Shown: in pieces, positions 12,388 to 24,349 of the stretch | Position numbering within the stretch: position 1 is the first letter of the stretch | Layout: every line of letters starts with the position of its first letter | NCBI GenBank assembly: GCA_012295275.1 | Contig: CM022665.1 | Coordinates: 34,162,001-34,226,000, forward strand | DNA from: Chrysomallon squamiferum | Lineage: Eukaryota; Animalia; Mollusca | DNA: 64,000 nt | Reading direction: 5' to 3' | Notes under the pieces: generated by a model | What the model saw: the letters and a program-made list of their open reading frames with translations, nothing else | What the model was told of the DNA's origin: nothing | Databases searched by the model: none | Translations under genes and position numbers: made by a program

Positions 12388-15300
12388 TTTTTTTTTTTAA
12401 TTTAAAAAAAAATTAAAATGATTGATTTGAGAAATATTTCAAAATTACAACAAACAGAAAAAAATCAATGGCAAATTTTTTAATTATCTGGATTTACTCC
12501 ATTACTTATTAAACTGAAATGTTATGTTAATGAGAATTTCTGGTTTGCATGAATATTTTCTAGTTATTGTACATGTATCTGCTACTGGTTAATTGATCTG
12601 TCAGGGTTCTTGGAGTTAAAGCATGTAGTGTTGTAGAGATGTCTGTAATATTTATATTAAAACTGATAACTCTTATTATCTAAAGCTTTCGGAATACCTT
12701 TTCAGATAGATTATATAAAATAAAAATCTTCAGCTTTCATTCTTTCTGCTACTCTGGATTATATACCACTTATTTTCAAATCTTTCATCAAAACTGAAAA
12801 GAACTAATTATTTCAATAAAACATTAATACACCCATGTGTCTGTTCTGTATATGCATAAAATGTACACACACAGATGAGTTTTTTTGTTAAAATAATTAC
12901 TACATTCTAAAGTTCAGTATTTTATTGGGATCTAGCTTAGTTAAGTTTAGTCTAGAAATAAACTGCTCAGTTAGTAGTTTTTCTCTTCTTTTAATTTTTT
13001 TCCTTTAAATTTAGATGTATGGTTTATGAATTTTGCATATTCAATAAATAGTTGTTGATTTAGATAAACAATAACAACAGACACTTTTACATAGTTATGT
13101 TTAGGTATTGCTGAACTTGCACTCTTGGGATCAGTTGAATAATCTGCACCTATAAATCTGAATTGAGTTAGTTTGCCTTTATGCTTTAGTTTAGATTCTT
13201 GTGAGTTTTCAGTGAGGTTTTGGAATTTAGATGATGGCTGTTCGAAATAGTCTTGTAACATTATGGTTGAGAAAGGATTTAAAAATGTTTTATTTTTATG
13301 TTTATTTTGTTTGTTTGTTTATGTAGAGTGGCTACATAATATTTAGCAGATTGCTGTTGGTTATATTTTAGAACAATTTGATCTGCATCATTTACGTATG
13401 ATATTCTGTTTCTGGCATTTCTTCATTGATTCTATTATAAACTGAAAGTTGAAAGAGTATCCTGTGTTTTCAATTCTTAATATTTGGTAATGTAGGTGGA
13501 ATTCAAATTTTTTTATTGGGTAATTGTAATGGGGTATTTTTATAGTGCAGTGTCATATTACTGTGTACATATGCTATGCACATACTGTAAATGACCAGTA
13601 CACAAGTGTATGTAAATTAAATATCAGAATACAGCTCTCAACTTGGAATTTTTGCATGCTTCTTTTATAAAATGAAAATATGAAAAGTGCTGACTTTTCC
13701 ACATTTGTGAATTTTTATTCTCTCAAGGGGCAGCCTTTCAGTGTATTGTTGACAATGTTCTGTAAAAACTATAATCCTGTTCACTGTTCTTGTGAATGTT
13801 TAATTGTTATAAAACATGAATGTAACAGAAGTAACTTGTTTCTCTACAACAGAACCATGCAATATTAAAAAACAACAAAAAAAAAAAAACCCACTTTATA
13901 AGCCACAATCTTACTAATAACCAATGTTGCTGAAGTGTCAGTCAGTATATAGCGTTCTTGTTATTACATATCTAGATTATTAAACTTAATTAAGAACCAG
14001 GTAGTAATGTTAGTTTCTATATACTGTTACAAAATAATATACAACACATAACAAGTATACTTTAAGATTAGGAAATTAATTTATTTTCTTCTAGCAACTG
14101 AAGTGTACAGGTTAGTGAGCATTAAGAACTGGGGATATGTATCAGAAATCCTATTAATCTGGCTAACCATTAAAGCATTGGTGGTGAAAGAAATTAATGT
14201 TAATAGAGTTGACAGGCTAATTAATCTTTATATAGGTTGTTTATTACACACTGTCTTTTTTATATTGTACTTAAAAGCAATACTTTTAAATTAGATTAAA
14301 ATTGAATCGTGCTATTTTATTTTATTTATTTACTTTTAAATTTTAATTTTAACACTTTTTTCTTTTCTTTTTTGTTTGCTGTTATTACTATTACTTTTTC
14401 TCTCAAAATATGCTGTTTTAAATTCTTTTCAGGTTGGATTAGATGTAGCAGGTCTCAAAACCAGTAATACTTTCGGATCATAATAATATGTATGGCTGAA
14501 TTGCTCATTAATTTAGATAATGAGTCCATTGCATTTGTTACGAAGCAGATTAACATGCCCTGAAACATTAATACATTTAATTACTATTAACTAGATACAA
14601 ATTTTCTTTTTTTTAAATTAAAAAAGAATATATGCTTATTAAACCAAAATATAATCTAAAAACTGGCTTTCCTATGTAAGCACACTGAACAGCACCAAAA
14701 CAGGAATGTATTTAATTACTACTACATTAATCAGTGCTATTGAATACTAGATACAGTAATGCTTTGCTTGTTTGAAAGAATGTAGCATTATATTTACAAG
14801 ATCTGCTCTGGGGTTTTGTGTGAAACAAACTATATATTTTATTGCACATTTTTAAAAATAAATAACCTTTTAATCTATCATAAATATATTTCAAGGTGAT
14901 TTTTAATTTAAAAGTATATATTTTTATTCATTTTGTTTATCTGTTTATAAATAACATGCAAGTTTATATTTCCATGACTGGTTTGGTAATCATAAATGTA
15001 ATTCATTTTGCATTAGAATTTAAATTAACATAGATATTATCACTAAGTATGATAATGCTTTTATGGGATATCCATAACAAAGAAAACTTCTGTCACATAT
15101 TTTTTATTTAGTAAAGTTAATTTAGCTTTTGCAAATGGGAGTGGACTCAAAAACGTTAAAATAAGTTTTCTTAGACTTAGGAATTATTATAGCATGGGAG
15201 GTAAGACCAATATTAAAATTATGTTTAATATTGATAGGTATTATGTTTGGAGTTTTATTTATTGTTTTCCTTTTCTTTTGTTATTTCTGCTTTTCTTAAG

Positions 15301-15813
15301 AATCAGATGCACTTTGCAGTTATATTGTTGTTGGCTTCAGTTCATTATTTTTTCTTTTCTTTTTCTTTATTTTCTTTTTAAAATTATATTATGAAATGTT
15401 TTGTTTTTATCATTGTTATTTTCAAATCTTTTTATTATCTTTTTATTTATTTATTTATTTATTTCACATAACAGCATATTTCATAAAACTAGATAAAATC
15501 AGAAGTAAATTGTTAATCTATACTGTAAAAGAAAATATATTGCTGCCATGTAATAATGCATCATTAGATGTTGTGGCTATGTAAACAAATAGAATTACAT
15601 ATAAATTATCATATCATATTGTTTTGTGTTTTTTTTTGTTTTTTGTTTTTTTTAAATGAAGTATTTATCAATAATTAGGCTGCTTCTGATTTATCTTTCA
15701 TGTGTAATGTCATTAACATTTTCTTTTTGTATCCAGCTTATATAACCACCACTTAAAACACCAATTTAACATAGCACAGTAATTAAAAAATAAAACATCA
15801 TTATTCTTCTTCT

Positions 15814-15861
<48 letters not shown>

Positions 15862-16952
15862 CCCTAGCTGCTGATTTAGGTAAAACTTGTAAAATAACAT
15901 TCAAGGTTATTTTAGAATTAAAGAGTACATCTAAAAGTTACAACAGTGACAGTATAAAGCCATTAAAAATTTGTATTAATTATTCAATGTTGGTGAGAAC
16001 ATATACTTTTTAAACCTGACATTTAAAAAGAATATGTATTGTGTTTTTCAAATTATTTGTAATCCTTCCTGTGACTTTCTGGTACTTGCTAATACTACAA
16101 TGTTGTTACCATTGTGTCTCTGGACTGTCTGGTCTCTTTTCCCAGACTCTTTGATTTGGTATTGTGAAAATATCCACTTCTTTTTAATACAGTGCTGAAA
16201 AATTAGTATGAACTGAAACAACAAATTCCCGAATATTTTAAAATTAGACTGGTAGCATCATAATAAGTAAGCAGGCATTTTATTTGTTTATTTATGAAAT
16301 CTGATTATGTAAAAATGGAAGTAATAAAATCAGAATAATCAGACTGCTTGGATTATGTATTGTAATGTTTGTATCAATTTCCATACTCTGTTAAGAAATT
16401 TGATTATTATACAAGACAATTACTAATTTTGTATCTTAAACATTGAAGTGGTGAACATTTTCATTACCTAATTGTTGTGATACGAATATGTCTTTAATTT
16501 TCTTTCACGTGTGTTCATTTTATTTGCAGTTGCTTTCAAGATATATGACATTGACAAGGATGGCTACATTTCCAATGGAGAGTTGTTTCAAGTGCTCAAA
16601 ATGATGGTGGGCAACAATCTCAAAGATACACAGCTGCAGCAGATAGTTGATAAGACAATCATTCATGCAGATACTGATGGTGATGGCAAGATATCCTTTG
16701 AAGAATTTTGTGCAGTAAGTACTATTATTTCTTGGTTTTAATTTATATTATTATTATTATTAATTTTAGAGTATTTTATCATTATTTTTAGCTTCTAGGT
16801 GCAAAAAATTATTAAATCCCTCAAAATAATTTCATCAAAGTTTAAACAGAGTTGTTTTTAGCTGTTTTATACATTTAAAAGTGTGAAATTATTTAATTTT
16901 TTAGGTTGTTGGCAGTATGGATGTTCACAAGAAGATGGTTGTGGATGTGTAA
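7348..16952 (+). CDS. PPP3R1: Calcineurin subunit B (protein phosphatase 2B regulatory subunit), 170 aa, four EF-hands
   Basis: Exons 7348-7350 (ATG only), 9162-9201, 10974-11150, 11714-11773, 16530-16714 and 16905-16952 total 513 nt, all GT-AG and in phase. Translation: [43 protein letters not shown]...[13 protein letters not shown]...[13 protein letters not shown]...[30 protein letters not shown]. MGxxxS myristoylation motif present. Confidence 0.97.
9251..10660 (-). mobile_element. Full-length Tc1-family transposon with frameshifted transposase, in calcineurin B intron 2
   Basis: TIRs TACTCAAACAAAAAAGAAATGCAAAA / TTTTGCATTTCTTTTTTGGGAGAGTA, with TA TSD at 9249-9250 and 10661-10662. Transposase fragments run from 10346 ([14 protein letters not shown]...RSGRPR) through [20 protein letters not shown] and LPWPS to GGHTRY* (stop 9426-9424), split across frames. 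Confidence 0.93.
15817..15858. repeat. Poly(T) tract
   Basis: Uninterrupted run of about 40 T. Confidence 0.9.
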
Positions 16953-19900
16953 AACAATCCCTGAACCCCCTTTTTTTTTGTAAAAAAAAGGGGAAGACTC
17001 CTATATCTGTTTTCCATGACAGCTTGGTGGTCTCTCAGCCCTGACTCTGATATGTTATGGACTTTCATATTAGACACACTGCAGCTGGATTTTCCAGTTT
17101 TGTTCTCTGATGTGCCAGTGGTAGAGAGATGGCCAGGCAGCCTGTGGTATACTCCTTATCCTCTCTCAGTCTTTTGGCCACTGAGGCAAACCTCTCGGAT
17201 TTACTCTACAGCTTTTTAATCTTCTTTTACCTAGCTTAAGAATAAATTCCAATAGCCACATTTGAGATTAATGGACTTAATTTGATATATTTCAAATGAA
17301 TGCTCATTGTTTTCATTCTGAGGCTAGTCTGTTGTCTTAGCTGTTTGATGTGGTACTAGTTGTTTATTGTTAGACTGTCAGTTTAATTTATTAATATTCA
17401 TTGTTTTAGTAAAAGTAAGTGTATAGTTATGCTAGCTAGGGCTTCAGCTATCAGTCAGTAGTAGATTTTCTCTTCTGGTTTTTTTTTAAATTATTTTTAT
17501 TTATTTTGTTTGTTTTTGAATAAATTATTGGTTTTATTGTTAAAAATAAAAGTATTTTATAATATTCTCAGGGCACTGAAAAGGCTTGACCACACAAGTT
17601 TTGTTTCTTATTTGTTTTTTCTGACTGCTTTAGGCTTTGCCATTTTAAATGATTGGATTAGTCTGATGTGAAAAAAAGGGTTAAATGCACACACAAAAAA
17701 AATCGTTTTTATTCAGTGTAGTGAATGTAAAGTGATTGTGTGTGATCTTTATATTTGTATTTGAAAGAAAACAATGTACAAATTCATTAAATTTCTAAAA
17801 GCTGTCACAGATGCAAATAAATATTTAACGGTAAAATTTTTAAAAAGGAAGAAAAAGATATTTTGTTTTTTTTATATGTAATAAAAGCAGATGAAAAATC
17901 TATTTTGTAACTGAGCAAAAGTATTTTTTAGATATTTATAATAACAACAAAAAAAAACCGACTGAATTTTACTTTTGATGATTATAATATATATATATAT
18001 ATAAACCATAATTAATTTCTTTGTATATATATATATATATATATATGAAGAAATTAATTAGGTTTTTGTTTTTTTTGATGATTATTAAATTCTTAATGCA
18101 TAATTAAAACTCAATTGCATTCCTCATATATACATACATGCCTCATAAATATTTCTTTCTTTTATTACATTCAGCATTATTTAAGAATATTTGATCTGTT
18201 TTATAATCCTAATATATGTCAAGTAAAACATTTTTAGTTAATTATATGCTGTTTTTGAGGGTGGTATTTGTTGTTTTTTTTTGTTTTTTTTTTTTATTTT
18301 GGCTGCAAGTCCTTCATTTTAAGTAAAAAAATTACACACATTAAAAAGAAAAATAGAAAACAAAGATCTCTTTAATAATAGACCGTATTGTTATGTTTAT
18401 CACACTCACCTCAACATCAAAACAAAGTAACTGAACTTTATTTAAGGCTTAAATCAGAATCTCCAAATATATGATTAGTTGTATCTTATTCTGTAGAATC
18501 TTACAGGATATTCCTACGGTAATTAAGAAAACCTTATAATTAAAGATATATATTTATATTTTTTTAATTTTCTGGGCATCTGAAATGGCATTAACATTAA
18601 TGAAAAAAAGATTTCAATATGTATTGAAAGAAACTGAATTCTTTTATTGCAAAAAATAAAAGTACATTAAGTACTGATAATATCAGCTAGAATTTTAATG
18701 AAGCATTTATCAGAGTTGCTACTGGCTAAAGCTGAAGCTCTGGTATGAAGCATTTACTGATACTGCAGATTAACATTCAGCTTACCCAAAGTGATGTCAT
18801 TTAATGTCAGAATAAGTTGTACAGCATAATGTATACGGCTTACGCTGTTTGAAGAAGTTTGTAATTGTTGTTACCGTTTTTTATTATTATTATTTTGCAT
18901 GTGACTTATCTGTTCATAAGTGTTTTCAATGGAACTACAACTAATTTATTTTACATTTCATGGGCTTTTAACTGATTTTCACCTTATAGTATCTTTTTCT
19001 AATTCAGTTTTGAAAGGAAAATGTAACACCAACTTAAATATATTTTGTAAATTTTGTGTAAGATCTATTGAAAATTTTACTTGCTTGATCATCATTAGCA
19101 GCACTCAAATTTTAATGTTCACTTAATAATCTGATGTTCTGTTTTCTGTTAATATTGTTTTATATTTCTTTTAAAAATAAATTTAATTGTTTGGGGTTGT
19201 TTTTATCATTTTAAATTAAAACTATTTAAAAATAAATGGATCATTTTAAAAATTATAAAATTTACAAAAATATACATTACCTCATGGGTTTAATCCAAAT
19301 TTTGGCTCATAAAAGTACCAGTCATTTAAAGATAGGTATTCAGTAATTCATGATTAATTTAAACAAGATTTTATTTCATGTATGGCTGTTCACCCAAAGA
19401 AGCACTAAAAACAGTTAATATTAATTTTTGTTATTTTTATACTTTAGATGTCCTGTTCTGTTATAGTTTCTTTTTTTATTGTTGTTGTGTTTACAGTTTA
19501 AAAAAATAGAACAAAGACAACTGCCTAAAATGGATCTTTTTACTTGTAATAGTTAATTTAGCATTCTTAATTTTGATCCAGAACATTTTTTATTTTAAAT
19601 CATCACCTAAGCTTAATTCATAACTTGTTAAGATATGTTTTCTTTATTAACTTGTTACTTAAATTTAAAATGCAGATTAAAAACAGTTACATATATCACT
19701 ATAAAGTACTGTTAAACATGGCAGATATCATTTGTGAAATCAGTAAAGTATTTATGTGTGAAAGCAACTTTCAGATACAAACACCTTTTGTAGGATAATG
19801 CAGCAATTTCAGTAATTAATGCCAGGTTTCTATCTAACCACTTCACCTAAAATTTGTTAGGATACACAATTTTAGTTACTGCTCAACAGAATCTACTTGC

Positions 19901-21442
19901 ATGTAGTTTTGCTAAAAGAAAATAAATTAAATTACTGACTAATAAAATAAAATTCTGTTGAAATCTTTAAAAATTATTTAACTGACATTAACTGTTAATA
20001 TTTTATTCAGAAATATATTAGCTTGTTCATTATTTTATTATCATCTGAAGTTGCAAATGGATAAACATATGGATGCCAGATGGCTTGTACATTACATCAG
20101 AAATAATTTAACCAGCAGCTAATTAATTTATATCAGTCTTGTAATATATTAATACTGGAATGATGTACATATTTATCACACTATTTAATCAAAGTCAATT
20201 ATTTCTTGTCTGTTTATTTTCTTCAGAAAGCTTAATCTGCTGTTTACCTATGGCTTTACATTAAAGCCTAAAAGATAATAGCTTCATGAAATCAAATTCG
20301 TATTTAAATAATTGATACTGATGCATGACATTTACATACATTAATAAATTACAGAAAATATGTTACATGATGTCATAGTTAAATATCAGAATGATAGCAG
20401 GTTGGTTCAGTTATAAAAAATATGTGTTAATAGAGTTTATGGATTAAACTTGTAAACAATGACTCGAATAGCATATACTTATTTTCACAAGGAAGTAATT
20501 ACCAGATAAACATTTCTAACTAATGATGTATTACATTCTTATATACTTGACTGAAAAAATAATGTTAACACATGCAGATAGTGATGTTAACTAGTTCACA
20601 GTTACTGAAAAGTGAACTTTCAAAATGAACACTGTCCTTCATGAGCTAATTATGTCTCAAAAAAATAATAATAAAAAATAAAATAAAATTAACAAGAAAA
20701 ACTTAGCATCAAGCTCATATTGAGTGTTTAATCCTTGTTTTCAGAGAGACCTAGCTCTTCAGCAATTTATTTTGGCTCAAAAGAAATTTCTTCAGAACTG
20801 TTTTTGCTATAATGTTGAATTCAGGATCTGCCAGTTAAATGATACTTCAAAACATTTTGAAATTTCTATATTTCTATACTTTGTGTATTTAATTTTTAGT
20901 GTGATTTTTGTTGTGTGCATTGTATCCCAGTTTTTCAATATATCTTTTGATTTAAATCAGGTTTTTTCCCCTAACTTGTTTTGCCAGTAATATAAAAACC
21001 AAAGTTTTTGTTTTGCATTTTAAAGTGTTTATACACACACACAGATACACAAATGTACAATATATGTGTGTGCGTGTGTGTGTAATTTTTTTTTAATTTT
21101 TTTTTTTGTAATGTTGAGTTTCTGTTTTTAAAATATATTAATTACCCATTTAAACCTGTTGCTGTAATGGACTGAAACTTTTGCATGTTTTTTGTTTTGT
21201 TTTGGTGTGTACATTACATTTATTAAAAATGTATGTTGAAAATGTGTATATTTTTGCAGTAATTTCAAGTTTGCACAAGCTCTTTTATTATCTGTATGTG
21301 ACTTCGTAAATTTAACCATTTGTATGTTACGTGATTACCACTCTCACTCTAAATCCTTTACTTGTGTTCGGTCAAGCTCGTCTTTGGCAAGCTGTCTGAT
21401 ACATTCATTTTCTCTTTTCACGATATTGCTAATTTTTTCTTG

Positions 21443-21448
21443 AATAAA
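21443..21448 (+). promoter_or_regulatory. Candidate distal polyadenylation signal of calcineurin B
   Basis: AATAAA followed by U/GU-rich sequence (TTGTGTTGTCTTTT at about 21484). It sits just before a (TA)n tract and transposon DNA. Confidence 0.35.
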
Positions 21449-21612
21449 TTTTGAAAACATTGGTCATTATTTATGATTAAATATTGTGTTGTCTTTTATT
21501 TAGTGTTTTTTAGAGAAAGATTTATAGACATCCATAAATAATAGTCCGTTTAAAATGGTATCTTCTATAAGAAAATCAGAAAAATTAAATAATTTATATA
21601 TTATATATCACT

Positions 21613-21615
<3 letters not shown>

Positions 21616-21672
<57 letters not shown>
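21616..21672. repeat. (TA)n microsatellite
   Basis: Read directly. Confidence 0.9.
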
Positions 21673-21674
<2 letters not shown>

Positions 21675-21828
21675 ATGTGAATCTTCTGGATTATTGACTG
21701 CCCGATTGATTTTCAAAATTTGTGATCATTCTGGGTTTTGCACAAACCACTAATTCAATCGTCGAACAAACATGGCTGCCGCCACGTTTTAACTAATCTC
21801 TTGGGAAGTAAGTGCGCAGTATCAACAA

Positions 21829-24349
21829 TGGCATGCGTACAGGAACATAAGCTTCATCGTTTTTGTTATTGAAATTCCGTTGTGAATAGACAATTTATGA
21901 TAGCATACAAAATAACTGACTGAACTGCCGACTTGAATGCTTTGGGGAGGGATGTGAAGAATAAGTTTTGGCGGATGTGGTTGGAAGAAACGGATGAAAA
22001 CGGTGATTTCTTGAGTAAGTATTTGAGAAAGATTGATGTGCCGGGTTTTGTAATTTGTGTGTGGTGCATTGTCAAGCTAAAATATTCGAGTAGTGGCAAA
22101 GCCGATCTAAAAGCACATGCAAAGAAACAGAAGCATATTGACATTCAGAATGCCAGGCACTGAGGCAGGACACTTCACATTCCAGTTGTGATGAAGGCGA
22201 CACAGGCAATGGAAGACTGTGATATGGACATTGACATTCATGTTTGGCAGGAAACTGCTACGATTCCATATGGTGATCCCCAAAACTGTGGCAATCGTAA
22301 GGCAGTTTCAAATCTTGTGCTGCCAAGGCCTGCACCTTTGGTCAGTGTAACTGATCAGAAAGCTCACCAGGAAGCCTTTACGTTGTCATTTAATGCTGAG
22401 AATTCCCTGCCATTGAGCATGATGCCCAAAATGATAGAATATGCTAAAGAAATTGCTAGAGATAAAATGGCAATGGATGCCCTAAATGATAGAATATGCT
22501 AAAGAAATTGCTAGAGATAAAAAGGCAATGGATGCCCTGTCATGCATGCATTGTACCACTTCTTCTCATAAGATGTGTGAAGGACTTAGTACTTTTTCTC
22601 ACAAGAGGCTAGTGAAGGACTTGAATCAAAGTTTCTTTTCGATGAACATGGATGAGTGTTTTTCAAACAACAACAAAAAGGTGCTCTCTATATTAGTTAG
22701 CTACTTCTCCAAGTCACAGCAAGAGGCTGTAGTCAAACACTTCGAGTCTGAAGACGTGACAGTTGTGAATGCCCAGAAACTTCTGGATTTTATCTTGAAA
22801 ACTTTTGAGAAGTACCAAATTCCACTAACAAACCTAATATCCAATTTGTCAGATTCTACAAATTTTATGAGAGGAAAACATGCCGAATTTGAAACCCTGT
22901 TGAGAGAAAAGGTCCCCCATCTGTGTGACATTGATGGTGATATCTGTCGCCACATACACAACAGTGTTCAGAAATTCTGTGTTCATTTTGGGTATTAGTT
23001 GAAAGTCTGATGGTTGACTTGCACATGAATTTTAAATGAAGCCCAGATATACACAAGTCATTCCAAGAGGTGTGCTTCATTCTTGGAATAAGCTACACAA
23101 TGCCTGCCCAACGAGTTGCACATCAGTGGTTATGTGTATATGATATGCTGACAAAGAACTTGCCAATGTTGAATGAATTCCGAATCTTCTATTTTGCCTG
23201 GGAACCTACCAGTGGTGGCCTGAAAGTTGCTTACACCCCAGTTGTTGCAAAACTCCTTTCAAAAGTCTCCATGGAAGGAAGGCAAAGGATCTATAGCATC
23301 ATAAACAATATGAAGCAGAATAACCTGACACAGGATGGTAAAAGCCCTAAGGAGAGAATTGTGACCAGGGTACTCTATAAATTATGAACAAACAAAGTTG
23401 AACATAAATTTATACTCAGCCCTACTGCCCATGTTCAAATCCATGATCCTCATGTTTGAACTAAAACAACTGATGATACATTGGTTACATGATGAAATGG
23501 TTGACCTCTTCCATCACTTCTTAGCATGTTTCCTGAAGCATGAGGTCCTCAGAGATACTAATTTCAAACAGTTGAAAAGAATTGATGTAGAAGATGAGGG
23601 AAATCACCTCCCCATCTAGTCCATATTCATTGGATCAGCCACACAGTCCATTGTTGATGCAATGAAGAAGAAACCTATCCAAAGAAAGGAGGCAGTTGAA
23701 TTCATGGAAACAGTGAAGAAAGCACTTAGTTTCCTCTAAATACATGCAGCAGAAGCTCCACTTGGAGAATGTATTGCTTCTGTGTCTGTCAGCCCTAGAG
23801 CCCAGAATTCAGGGACAATCCATGACATGTGGTGCATTGAGAAAACTGAAGGACTTCATGCCCAATGTGTTACAAAATGAAGAGTATGACACTTATCTGT
23901 TGGAGGCATTTCATTTGCAAGTAGATCAAGACCTACCACCAGCAGAAGTTGATCGAAAGCCTGTTCAATTAGACCACTGGTGGGTTAAAGTGTTTGGGAG
24001 GTATTCCATATTGGCTAAAGTAGTCGAGGCATGTCTAAGCATTTTTACAGGACCCCATATTGAACAATCGTTCAGTCAGATGAATGACATTGTCAAAAAG
24101 AAGTCAAACTGTTCAGAAATGGCCGACTCTGCAATGCAGAATGTCCAATATGATCTTTCTGCCTGGCATACCACCTCCATCCAGGCATTCCATCGCGATG
24201 ACATTCTCAGAACTCCTGTGGACCAGAATATGGTTTACCACACAAACACTGCTGCTGCTAGGTGCAAGAAAAAACTTGAACAAGCTAAGCTGGAGACTGA
24301 ACAAAGAGCCATCAGGCTCAAGTTGAATCACAAGGCAAAACCATCGTAG
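21829..24349 (+). mobile_element. Degenerate hAT-superfamily transposase pseudogene between the calcineurin B and JKAMP 3' ends
   Basis: Successive broken ORFs give an N-terminal C2H2/BED-like finger (CVWC...HAKKQKH), FSMNMDEC, NLISNLSDSTNFMRG, DICRHIHN, and a C-terminal dimerization-like WWVKV...LSIFTGPHIEQSFSQMN. Several stops and frameshifts. TIRs not identified, so the boundaries are approximate. Confidence 0.8.

Noticed and set aside
12971-15584. Several 60-96 aa ORFs in calcineurin B intron 4, and similar Phe/Ile/Leu-rich ORFs elsewhere
   Set aside because: Their composition reflects AT-rich non-coding DNA. I found no duplicated copy of exon 4 to suggest mutually exclusive splicing.
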